Virus record (IMG/VR): IMGVR_UViG_3300030406_000090
Span: 1-35,552 of that record
Direction: 5' to 3' (one strand)
Origin: a virus
Taxonomy: Duplodnaviria; Caudoviricetes
Length of the DNA stretch: 35,552 bases
In this document: positions 27,087 through 35,552 of the stretch, piece by piece
How the letters are laid out: each line of letters starts with the position of its first letter
Position numbering within the stretch: the first letter of the stretch is position 1
The notes under the pieces: model-generated
Database searches by the model: none
Told to the model about the DNA's origin: nothing
The model's input: the letters and a program-made list of their open reading frames with translations, nothing else
Program-made: the position numbers and the translations under genes

Positions 27087-27959
27087 TTATCTGGCAGAAC
27101 CAGAAATATCATAGATAAACTTTCCTACTCTAATAGCTTCCATGATTTCATCAGAGCGTTTCTCGTACTCAACGGCTGACATTGCCTGAACTTGAGACTC
27201 TGTTAGATAAGTGGAAGATTCGTCTGCTTGAGGTGCGCTTCTATTGCCTTTAGTTGACACCGCTTCAGCAGCACCTTTATCTTTCTTAGACTTCTTCTCA
27301 CTTTTTATTCCTTTATCTGCTTTATACAGGTCAATAGCCCGTGCTGCTGACCGTGCATCATTATCATTTTCATACAACGCATCCTGTACCCATTTAGGCT
27401 GCTCATCAGCCCAATCGTGAAAATCATCACTATCACGAATATCTCCAAAGTCAGGATGTAATCTCATTAACTCAGCTTCAGCTTTTTCTTTTGTAGCTGA
27501 CTGTTGCATTTCGTCAATTGCTTTTACTCTGTCTTCAAGCAGTTTTGATTGCTCTGCTGCTTTTTTCATAGCAATTGTTTCTACAATCTTTGCTACATCA
27601 GGATATTCTGATGCCCACTCTTCGATGTCTTCATCTGACTTAGGCAGCTTCATTTCCTTTTGTGCTGCAACAGAAAGCTGACGCTTTAAATCATCAATCT
27701 CTTTCTTTAACTCTTCAGCTTGTTTTTGCTGATGCCTACGTAAATCAGAGTAACGCTTTTTAAATGTTTTCTCTTCTGCATTTGTAGGTTCAGCTTCTTG
27801 TTCTACAGGTTCTTCTGTTTCACCTGTATTTTCTTTTATAAGCTGCTCTAGTTCTTCTTCTTCACGTTTACGTTTTTCTTCGTTTGTATATTTACGATTT
27901 GCAAATGCAACTTTCTTTTCTGGTTGCATCTCTTCTGCTATAATAGCTGCTTCAGCCAT
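27087..27959 (-). CDS. Capsid scaffolding protein, 290 aa
   Basis: Acidic coiled coil with FKKRYSDLRRH, HPDF and a basic/helical C-terminus. Immediately upstream of MCP. Confidence 0.8.
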   Translation of the reverse strand: MAEAAIIAEEMQPEKKVAFANRKYTNEEKRKREEEELEQLIKENTGETEEPVEQEAEPTNAEEKTFKKRYSDLRRHQQKQAEELKKEIDDLKRQLSVAAQKEMKLPKSDEDIEEWASEYPDVAKIVETIAMKKAAEQSKLLEDRVKAIDEMQQSATKEKAEAELMRLHPDFGDIRDSDDFHDWADEQPKWVQDALYENDNDARSAARAIDLYKADKGIKSEKKSKKDKGAAEAVSTKGNRSAPQADESSTYLTESQVQAMSAVEYEKRSDEIMEAIRVGKFIYDISGSAR

Positions 27960-28025
27960 TTCTTTTCTCCTTATGGGGCTAACCGTAGCCAGTGTTGGGG
28001 GGTTAGGTAGCCATTGATATGTGAA

Positions 28026-30017
28026 TTATTTTTTAGAAGCTAATCCACTTTGCTTCATCTGTTTATGCAAAGATACTTTATCTTTTGTAAACAAACCACC
28101 TTTTGCACCAATGCCATATCCAGTGCTTGTTGTAAAGTCATCTGGACCTATTGTACCTACTTCTTCCGCATAACTTTCTGCTGTATATTGGTCTCCAGAT
28201 TCATCACTTCCTATTTGTGCAAAATAAGCATTTTGTACTGCTTCTACTGCTGCTCTTTCTGCAGCTGCTTGTTCCTCTGCTGCTCGTTGTGCTTCTGCTG
28301 CTGTTTTTGCCTTTTCTGCTCTTTTTCTAGCTGCCTCTAATTCAGCTTGTCTTTTTGCAACACTATCCCTAGCTTTCTGTATGTTTTCTGCCTTTTCAGC
28401 AGCCTTTTGAGCAGCTTCTAACTCTTCTTTTTCTACAGCTTTATTTGTAGCAGCAGGAATATCTACAGCAGTTAACTGTGCCACACTTTGACCTTTGTAT
28501 TCTATTCCAAATTTTTTAGCTAAATTTTCAGCCATTCTATTATCTACATCTTTATTATAATCTTTTTTAGCATCTAAACCTGCTTGCACTGTAAATATGT
28601 CTGAAAGCATTTTTTCTCTATCAGCACCAAATTTATCTGCAATAATTTCTTGATACAAATCTTTAGTCATAGCGACAGTTACACCCGTTCCTTTATTTGT
28701 AAGAGTTATTTGGTCTGGGCTTAATATACCTTTTACTGTATCTTTTGCACCTGCTATCATATCTGTTATTATTGAACCTGAACCGCCTGTTGGTCTTGTT
28801 TTACTTGAAGCAGTGCCAAGAACATATTCTTGAGAACCTTTTACAGTTCCTGCTCTATATGTGTTAAGACCTTCTCTTAAAACTCCTGTTAATGGGTCAA
28901 CCATATCTTTAGTTACAACTGTGCCACCTAAACGAACTGTTTGTCTACCCTGAAATGGGTCTGATGGTTCATCGCTACTATCTTGTTGAGATGCAGAAGC
29001 AGTTGTTTGAGTAGTGGTAGTTTTTGCAGTATCTACCGCTTCACCCTTTAGTTTAAAACCGTCTGGAATTGGATAAATGGGATTACCATCTTTAAATGGT
29101 ATTTGCATTTCTTGCCCAGCATCATTAACATATGTTTTTAACTCATCATATCCACCGGGAGATGGTTCAGCAATACCGCCCATGAAATCTGTAAACGAAC
29201 CGGGTGTTTGTTCACCTAACATTGGAACAGCCTGTTGTTGCGGTGGTGTATAAGTTTGTGCTACTGGTTGACCTATTGTTGGTGTTGTGTAAGGAATATA
29301 TCCTGTGGGAACTGCATTAAACTGGGCAGGTTGAACACCTTGAATGCCTGTAGTTGTAGTAAACTGAGAAGGTTGATAACCTTGAATACCTGCAAATGTT
29401 GGCTGTTGAATAAAGCTAGTTGGTTGCTGTACAAAACCACCTGTTTGAAATTCTACCATACCATCGTCTACCATGTCAAGGTCATTTATATCAAATGGAA
29501 TACCATCTGGTATAGTAGCTTCTTCTGAGTTACCCATTTGCCCCATAGCTTCCATACGAGCAAGACCAGCTTTAGCTTCATCTCTGAGTGCCATAATTTT
29601 TTCTAGGCCATGATAACGAACTACATCAGCAGGTAAAACAAACTCACCCTCACTTAGCTGGGCAGGAATGTCATCACGCACTTCTTCTTGTGTAGAGCCT
29701 ACTGGTACATCATTACCTGATTCTGGGTCAACTGTGCCACCTTCATCCATAAGGCCACCTTCGTTAAATGCACCCTCTACAGGTTCAAACAATTCCATTT
29801 GTTTTTTCAATGCCATACCACCAACATTAAAACCTTCACCACTTTTTATTCTTTGTAGAATATCAGCCTTTGCTTGCGATAATTTTTCATAATATGAACC
29901 GCCACCGGTCCACTCTCCTTTTCGGTCAACAGATTTATCAATGTCTACTCTATCACCATCTGGAGTAATTATATAATAACCTCCATAGCCATTTTTTTTA
30001 AAACTTAAGTTAGCCAT
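28026..30017 (-). CDS. Putative virion/head-associated protein with DDIPAQLSEGEFV domain and repeated xxGG motifs, 663 aa
   Basis: Between portal and scaffold. FNVGG, FNEGG, DEGG, FQTGG and AKGG motifs, a Q/P/T-rich linker and an Ala/Lys/Glu coiled coil. Confidence 0.65.
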   Translation of the reverse strand: MANLSFKKNGYGGYYIITPDGDRVDIDKSVDRKGEWTGGGSYYEKLSQAKADILQRIKSGEGFNVGGMALKKQMELFEPVEGAFNEGGLMDEGGTVDPESGNDVPVGSTQEEVRDDIPAQLSEGEFVLPADVVRYHGLEKIMALRDEAKAGLARMEAMGQMGNSEEATIPDGIPFDINDLDMVDDGMVEFQTGGFVQQPTSFIQQPTFAGIQGYQPSQFTTTTGIQGVQPAQFNAVPTGYIPYTTPTIGQPVAQTYTPPQQQAVPMLGEQTPGSFTDFMGGIAEPSPGGYDELKTYVNDAGQEMQIPFKDGNPIYPIPDGFKLKGEAVDTAKTTTTQTTASASQQDSSDEPSDPFQGRQTVRLGGTVVTKDMVDPLTGVLREGLNTYRAGTVKGSQEYVLGTASSKTRPTGGSGSIITDMIAGAKDTVKGILSPDQITLTNKGTGVTVAMTKDLYQEIIADKFGADREKMLSDIFTVQAGLDAKKDYNKDVDNRMAENLAKKFGIEYKGQSVAQLTAVDIPAATNKAVEKEELEAAQKAAEKAENIQKARDSVAKRQAELEAARKRAEKAKTAAEAQRAAEEQAAAERAAVEAVQNAYFAQIGSDESGDQYTAESYAEEVGTIGPDDFTTSTGYGIGAKGGLFTKDKVSLHKQMKQSGLASKK

Positions 30018-30219
30018 TTACTTCATCTCGCAGATATTTAAGTTTACGTAAAGCTGTGATAGCACCTTGTTGACGGTGCATCATAATTGTATCGTCTGAT
30101 TGTTCTAACACCTTTTGGTGCTGCTCAATAGCTAAATCAAGATAACTACTGAATGCTTCCCACTGGCGGTTGTTGCCCACCAGCGGCTTGAGGCGGCTGA
30201 GTACCTGCTGCTTGTCCAT
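30010..30219 (-). CDS. Small helical protein downstream of portal, 69 aa
   Basis: MDKQQVLSRLKPLV...R.QGAI.ALRKLKYLRDEV. Overlaps the portal 3' end. ATG at 30219 is preferred over the track start. Confidence 0.7.
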   Translation of the reverse strand: MDKQQVLSRLKPLVGNNRQWEAFSSYLDLAIEQHQKVLEQSDDTIMMHRQQGAITALRKLKYLRDEVNG

Positions 30220-32290
30220 TTCCACTAAATCCTTGTTCACCCGGAACTGATGCTTGACCAGTACCTATATTTCCACCACCTGCACCTGTTGGGTCCATTG
30301 CATCAGCACCCGGTGGTGGTGTCATGCCCCCTTGTTCTTGTGGTAACGGTGCTTGAAACTGTTTCATTATTTCTGCTTGCAGTGCAGCTTCACTCATATT
30401 ATTGGTTACTTTATCGGGGTCAAGGTCCATTGACTTTGCAATTTCACTAATAACATACTGAAACTTTGCAAAGGGTGCAAGTGCTGGGTTACTTGCAATT
30501 TGTAGGAACTGCATTAGTCTTTGGCTGCGAACTTCGTTTGCCATTAGACTTTCTGTGCCACGTGCCTTTACTTCTAAGTCACCTTTTATTTCTGGGTCAA
30601 AATCAAACTGCATATTAAAACGGAAGAAACCTTCGCCTAATGGACGCAATAAGTAATCATCCACGTTTTTAATAACAGTCTTAATGCTACCACTCGCAGC
30701 ATTCATCAGCATTGAAATACCTGATGCTGTGCGGCCTACACCAGATACACCTGTTTGTCCATGCGCAAAGCTAGGCATACCTGTTGATTCATCTGCAAGC
30801 TGACGTGCTTTGTCAAATAGCATCATATTTTCTGATGATACATTTGGAAACTTTGTACCAAATATTGCTTGGCCCGGTGCGCCACCTTGTCTACGAAATA
30901 CCTTGCCCGGATACAATGATAGGTCTTGACCGGGTACTAAGTTTGTTTCATCCACTTCAACAAGCATATTGCCTGATAATACTGCGTTGTCCACAGCCAT
31001 ACGCATAAAACCATTCATTAGTGTTTGCGTATCATCCATATTTTCTGCTATACCCACGCCAAAAAAAGAATAAGGATTTAATTCATATGGAGCAGCAGCA
31101 TATGGTATCTTAGCAGGTTTAAATGGATTAAGCACCATACGGATAAGTTTATTATTACAAATCCAAATGTTTGCTTGTAATTCATCAAAGTCTTTTAATT
31201 CATCTGGTATTTCAACATTCTGCTCTTCAAGCATAACAGTATCGACCATACCCCAATACTCAAGAACTTCAAAACGGTCAATACCATGCTCTGGTGCATA
31301 GTCAGAAAGGTCATCTTCCCAATATTTTTTATCATAGTTTTCACCCATTTCGATACATTCATCAATAACTTGGTCACGAAAGTATGGGCGTTTTTTTAAC
31401 ATACGCATTTGTGAACGAGACATTTTGTGACGTTCAATTACAAACTGCGCCTCATCCATATTATTTGCATCAGGGTCTGGATAAAAATTCCAAACTGACA
31501 CATGGTCTACCTGCGGTACAGTTTTAAACATTGGGTCATAGTTGCCATCCGCATCCCAATTAGGATACTCTTTGTCTTTTGCAAACGGACCTTTCATAAT
31601 ACCTGTGCCAAACAATGCCATTTCAAATGCACTGCTACGCAGATTTTTATTTGCACCTGACTCTTCAAGTTGGTCGTGTATTTTTTTCTGCATTTTTTTA
31701 GCAGAAATCATTGCAGGACTAAATTCGATAGCGGTAGGTGTTTTACCCGGACCCTCTCTTAATTTATCCTGAACTGGTTCTAATTTGTTTTGGAGGACTC
31801 CGAGTTTTTCAGACAGCGTTTTAGCTGTTGCACCCGGTGGCAAATCCTTTCCATCTCCACTAAAACCATACGGACTTGTAAGCGCAGTAGACGCTTGCAT
31901 CTGTTCCGGTTCTTTTGGGTCAAAGTGTACATCAGCAACTACTCCTTCAGGTAACTCTGTAGGCTCAATAGAAAGAGGAAACTTATTATTAGCAAATAAA
32001 ACATCAACGATTTGACCATAAGCAGCAAGTGTTTTAGTTTTGGTAACTTTAATAAAGACACGTGACTTTTCCGTTTCTGTAAATTGTACATCCGGGCCAT
32101 ATAAACCCCGATAGTTTCTATAAGACTGTAGCCATCTTTCCTCATCTTGATAGCGATAATCTTCGGCTCGTTTAAAACGTTCGATAATAAACGGTATGAT
32201 ATTAGATACGTCAGCATCAAAAGAAGCAGAGTCTTCTGTATCTTCTAATGCAATAGCATCATCTTCAATCATGATGTCATCTTCAGCCAT
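30146..32290 (-). CDS. Portal protein (head-tail connector), 714 aa
   Basis: Follows TerL. W...YRNYRG.Y, ALFGTGIMKGP, WNFYPDP, PY...PYE..PYSFFG.G, RM.VDN..LSGN and RTASG.SML motifs. Confidence 0.92.
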   Translation of the reverse strand: MAEDDIMIEDDAIALEDTEDSASFDADVSNIIPFIIERFKRAEDYRYQDEERWLQSYRNYRGLYGPDVQFTETEKSRVFIKVTKTKTLAAYGQIVDVLFANNKFPLSIEPTELPEGVVADVHFDPKEPEQMQASTALTSPYGFSGDGKDLPPGATAKTLSEKLGVLQNKLEPVQDKLREGPGKTPTAIEFSPAMISAKKMQKKIHDQLEESGANKNLRSSAFEMALFGTGIMKGPFAKDKEYPNWDADGNYDPMFKTVPQVDHVSVWNFYPDPDANNMDEAQFVIERHKMSRSQMRMLKKRPYFRDQVIDECIEMGENYDKKYWEDDLSDYAPEHGIDRFEVLEYWGMVDTVMLEEQNVEIPDELKDFDELQANIWICNNKLIRMVLNPFKPAKIPYAAAPYELNPYSFFGVGIAENMDDTQTLMNGFMRMAVDNAVLSGNMLVEVDETNLVPGQDLSLYPGKVFRRQGGAPGQAIFGTKFPNVSSENMMLFDKARQLADESTGMPSFAHGQTGVSGVGRTASGISMLMNAASGSIKTVIKNVDDYLLRPLGEGFFRFNMQFDFDPEIKGDLEVKARGTESLMANEVRSQRLMQFLQIASNPALAPFAKFQYVISEIAKSMDLDPDKVTNNMSEAALQAEIMKQFQAPLPQEQGGMTPPPGADAMDPTGAGGGNIGTGQASVPGEQGFSGNGQAAGTQPPQAAGGQQPPVGSIQ

Positions 32291-32300
32291 ATTTTATTCC

Positions 32301-33860
32301 TTAATATCCAAAAGTAGCATCTGCAACTCGCATACCGCCACCGGGTCTACCTACTGGGTCATAATCAAATATACTAAATCTTGGACGTGACATTATACCA
32401 TATCTTAACGCATCGTACAAGTGGTCTTCTGCTTTTGTATCCACATCTTCTGGATTCTTTTTATCCAGCGGGATGGACGGCAGTTGGGAGATAATGTTTG
32501 TGCAACTATTAAAGAAAACAAGTCTAGGCTCTTCCGTAAATTCATCTACCTGTAAACGTCTATGTATTTCATTTTTACCAGCTACACGGCTGCCCCGGCT
32601 ACGGTCTGAAGGTCTCCATCTACAACCTCTACTTATCATTTGCTCTGCAAGAGAGGGTCCAGTATCGCCACGTTTATGCCAGAGAGAACTATCAAGAACA
32701 CCGTACTTAATATTTCCATCACTAGCTTCCAACTCTAGTATCATGTCAGCTAAGTCGGTAGCTAGGACTTTTGACACATACAATTCCCTGTACACAATGA
32801 TTTGCTCAGACGGTGCGACAGCGCACCATATAACACCACTGTAAGAACCATAGCCGTAATCACATGCTCTAAACTTAACCCAATTGCTAGGAATATTAAA
32901 AGGTTCAACAACATGAATATCACGGTCAAACTCTGTGAACGCAGCACCTTCTTTAATATCCCAATCACCCTGAAGGAGTTGTCTTCGCTGTTGCTCTGGG
33001 AGCGACAGGAGCATAGCTTCGTAGTCACCTGCTTCAGCGAGATACGGGTTGTCAGATAATCTAGCAGGAATGAACCTACGTTTAAATAATGATTTACCAG
33101 CTTTGCTATGCCCTGCTGGATATTTGAGAATTTCACCAGTTTCAATATCTGTGGCATCAAAAGATTTTCCATATGCACTTGGGTCAATAAACATTTTCTT
33201 TACCCAATGATGACCTCTTCCACCGGGGTTTGTAGTTGCCCTCATAAAGATAGGCAAATCAGGGGCAGTGGACCGTAGACGACTTCGCATGTAATTCCAT
33301 GCATATGGCGATTGCCACTGGGTCAGTTCGTCAAAGCCTATCCAGCTAAAAGCTAGACCCTGATAACGCAGGACATCTTCATCTCTGTCGAGGTATGACA
33401 TCCACAACCTCGCACCAGATGGCGCAGTCCACTGCATCTTTCTTTCTGACCACTTTATTCCGGGCCAGATTTTAGGATAGAGTTCCTGTGATTTAAATAT
33501 AAGTTCACGTAACTCTTCCGTAGTGTGTCGGAGCAGCAGACCACTAAACTGTGGATGCCCCATGTAGCGAAGTGGGTCTGCAAGCATGGCATATGATTTA
33601 CCACCACCTGCTGAACCGCCATAAAGAACCTCACGTTCACTTGCTGCAAGAAATTCAGTTTGAGGACCGGGGTTTGGTTTAAACAGTACGTTAGCAGTTT
33701 CTTCTATACTAACAAACTCTTTATCAACCTCTTGTATATCAACTGTTAGCTGTTGCGCCTGTTCTTTGGGCTTCAATTTTTTTCGCTTTGGAGATTGCCT
33801 TTTCCGCATACTCTGCCCACTTGCGGAGGCTTGCAGCTTGGTTCTTACGCTGTCGCTCAT
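32301..33860 (-). CDS. terL: Terminase large subunit (start uncertain)
   Basis: PNPGPQ Q-motif, Walker A YGGSAGGGKS, Walker B IGFDE, TTNPGG coupling motif, nuclease ACDYG and DHLYDALRY. Confidence 0.95.
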   Translation of the reverse strand: MSDSVRTKLQASASGQSMRKRQSPKRKKLKPKEQAQQLTVDIQEVDKEFVSIEETANVLFKPNPGPQTEFLAASEREVLYGGSAGGGKSYAMLADPLRYMGHPQFSGLLLRHTTEELRELIFKSQELYPKIWPGIKWSERKMQWTAPSGARLWMSYLDRDEDVLRYQGLAFSWIGFDELTQWQSPYAWNYMRSRLRSTAPDLPIFMRATTNPGGRGHHWVKKMFIDPSAYGKSFDATDIETGEILKYPAGHSKAGKSLFKRRFIPARLSDNPYLAEAGDYEAMLLSLPEQQRRQLLQGDWDIKEGAAFTEFDRDIHVVEPFNIPSNWVKFRACDYGYGSYSGVIWCAVAPSEQIIVYRELYVSKVLATDLADMILELEASDGNIKYGVLDSSLWHKRGDTGPSLAEQMISRGCRWRPSDRSRGSRVAGKNEIHRRLQVDEFTEEPRLVFFNSCTNIISQLPSIPLDKKNPEDVDTKAEDHLYDALRYGIMSRPRFSIFDYDPVGRPGGGMRVADATFGY

Positions 33861-34140
33861 GTTGTAACCGCTTTCTTAATCCTACATGCGATATGTATCT
33901 ACCGCTATTTGTACTAAGCCAGTTAGCTACCTCACGATAGCTGTATTGATTTGTATACGCTCTGGCCTTTTCAAGCAAATCCAACTCAGTTGGAATGGGG
34001 TCAAGAATGTCGGGGTCTTCTTCATTTTGCTTGTAACCAAACGGTACAGTACGTGCAATACGTGGTATCTGTACCCATTCGTTTTCTTCTTTAATATCTG
34101 TTGGCTGTGGTAACTTCCACCGCCCTGCTGTTCTACTCAT
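33739..34140 (-). CDS. HTH-like DNA-binding protein upstream of TerL, about 133 aa
   Basis: RTVPFGY...YSYREVANWL...GRYISHVGLRKR resembles a recombinase-type HTH DNA-binding segment. ATG at 34140 or 34146. Confidence 0.65.
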   Translation of the reverse strand: MSRTAGRWKLPQPTDIKEENEWVQIPRIARTVPFGYKQNEEDPDILDPIPTELDLLEKARAYTNQYSYREVANWLSTNSGRYISHVGLRKRLQHERQRKNQAASLRKWAEYAEKAISKAKKIEAQRTGATANS

Positions 34141-34507
34141 CGTCACTTACTGGTGCTTTAGCTGGCATAAGCATAACACCACCTGCAGCTTCCACTTGTA
34201 CCTTCTCCGTTTTAATCAAACCTGTACGGTCTAGCAGTTCTTTAGCTGCTGACATCTTATCACGAATACCAAGTTCAGTTGGGTCATACAATGCGCCTGT
34301 CATAGCTATCGCAGCTTTAGGTGCATTACGTGCCATATACATCTGCGTTGCTTCCAGTATCTCTTCTTTGAGACCTTTTACAATTGCAGTTGTAGCAGTA
34401 GACTCTGAATACCCTGCCAGTTTCTTAGCGGCAACTACGTCACCGCCAGCCTCTTCAAAGAGGACTTCCAGAAACTTCTGTTGTCTTTCGTTTAGTTCTC
34501 TAGCCAC
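34133..34507 (-). CDS. terS: Putative terminase small subunit, 124 aa
   Basis: LNERQQKFL...GDVVAAKKLAGYS HTH followed by AAKELLDRTG, typical of TerS. Upstream of TerL. Confidence 0.68.
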   Translation of the reverse strand: MARELNERQQKFLEVLFEEAGGDVVAAKKLAGYSESTATTAIVKGLKEEILEATQMYMARNAPKAAIAMTGALYDPTELGIRDKMSAAKELLDRTGLIKTEKVQVEAAGGVMLMPAKAPVSDDE

Positions 34508-34995
34508 TACTTTAGTTCTCCATGATGCATAGCATGTGCTAACTTATGGCTGCGTCCTTTTACCTGCACAGCCCAGCGACTGTCTAACATCTCACGTGAT
34601 GCAGTAGGAAAGTCTCCTTCATATACAGCAGCCCACATTTTTTTAAACTTACACAATCTTGGCACACCCATATTAAATGCCATGTCTACCAGTACAAGTT
34701 GACGTACAGCGTCTAAATCTGCCACGCAAGGGTGCGCTTTCAACAGTTCTTCCTCGACTATCTGCACGTCATTTTCTAATAGATATGCAGCGTCAGCTTC
34801 AGTGATACCATGCTCATACACTGCTTCTATGTTCGGAAAGTCTAAAGCGTCAAGTTCTTCTTTGGTAATACCTCTGTCTTCAAGATTTCTGCCCACACCT
34901 ATTGTGTCAATACCAAGTGTATCCTGATAGACCTGAAGACGCAAACCCTCACTCTGAACAAGTTGTTTAATTAAATGTGTACGAATATATTTCAT
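34507..34995 (-). CDS. Endolysin, GH24 T4-lysozyme-like muramidase
   Basis: E-x8-D-x5-T triad (SEGLRLQVYQDTLGIDTIGVG), MAFNMG and EMLDSRWA.QV..R. Confidence 0.92.
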   Translation of the reverse strand: MKYIRTHLIKQLVQSEGLRLQVYQDTLGIDTIGVGRNLEDRGITKEELDALDFPNIEAVYEHGITEADAAYLLENDVQIVEEELLKAHPCVADLDAVRQLVLVDMAFNMGVPRLCKFKKMWAAVYEGDFPTASREMLDSRWAVQVKGRSHKLAHAMHHGELK

Positions 34996-35204
34996 TTACC
35001 GCCTCTGGATTCTCTTCCTAAGTATATGCCATACACACCTGTCATGACACCCATTATAACAGATACGAACGCTGACTGTTGTGTTGTAGGGTCTTCCAGA
35101 TTCATAAACCATTCTGCACAACGCCATGACATTGCAACAGAAGCAATCATAGTTAGCTTGGCTGTAACATTAAATTGCAGCCATCTTTTCCACCAATCAA
35201 CCAT
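34992..35204 (-). CDS. Small two-TM membrane protein (holin/antiholin candidate), 70 aa
   Basis: Two hydrophobic segments flank WFM.L.DPT.QQ.AFVS. Coupled to the endolysin gene. Confidence 0.6.
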   Translation of the reverse strand: MVDWWKRWLQFNVTAKLTMIASVAMSWRCAEWFMNLEDPTTQQSAFVSVIMGVMTGVYGIYLGRESRGGK

Positions 35205-35551
35205 TATTTTTTACCGAAGAATTTAGTTGCGCTACGAACTCCAAAAGAAGCGGCAACGATAACTCCCAAGGAATATTGATACCATTCAGGCATCTTGTTG
35301 AGTTGTTCAAATCCATTTTGTACTACACCTTCCATGCCGGGTATGAAAGCTAATATTAAGGGAATGCTAAACAAAATTACCAGCCACTCGTCTTTCCAAC
35401 TTGAGGACGAAGCACGGGCCATCTCTAAGTCCCAATCAATTTCACCCGTAGCTTTTTTCTGCATAACCACAGCTTCCGCTTGAGCCTTGGCTACCTTCGT
35501 AGCTGACTGTGCTTTCTTCTCTTCTACCTTACCTTCAAGCCATGTAGAAGC
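35204..35551 (-). CDS. Holin-like protein (GTA 3TM-holin type), 5'-truncated by window
   Basis: Frame is open to the window edge (ASTWLEGKVEEKK...). SWKDEW.VILFSIP...MPEWYQY.L..IVAASFGVR pattern. Confidence 0.7.
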   Translation of the reverse strand, partial: ASTWLEGKVEEKKAQSATKVAKAQAEAVVMQKKATGEIDWDLEMARASSSSWKDEWLVILFSIPLILAFIPGMEGVVQNGFEQLNKMPEWYQYSLGVIVAASFGVRSATKFFGKK

Positions 35552-35552
35552 G

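Noticed and set aside
33739-34146. Integrase or serine recombinase implying lysogeny
   Set aside because: Only a short DNA-binding-like segment is present, with no catalytic domain, att site or repressor in the window.

Overview
The window is most of the genome of a lytic marine podovirus. Gene content and layout resemble HMO-2011-type/Zobellviridae (cobavirus-like) phages of Alphaproteobacteria; this comes from family recognition, not a database search. Two arms converge on a bidirectional terminator at about 5081-5117. The + arm (1-5099) holds a Cas4-like exonuclease (partial), T7-type endonuclease I, DUF3310, a B12-dependent class II ribonucleotide reductase, MazG and several tiny membrane proteins, three of them missing or mis-started in the ORF track. 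The - arm (35552 to 5096) holds holin(s), endolysin, terminase, portal, a 663-aa xxGG-motif protein, scaffold, major capsid, tail adaptor and nozzle, a tail fibre, a separately promoted cassette of adhesins and four chaperone paralogs, and internal virion proteins. Best leads: (i) a modular, possibly peptide-docked branched receptor-binding cassette; (ii) repeated [F/M]xxGG motifs with a DDIPAQLSEGEFV domain, a possible virion processing/cargo system; (iii) a Cys-initiated CWVAREVYG C-terminal domain on an ejection protein; (iv) a type-1-copper-like domain inserted in an adhesin; (v) structured leaders before the scaffold and capsid genes. All functional proposals are inference. No tRNA, rRNA, CRISPR array or integrase was seen.
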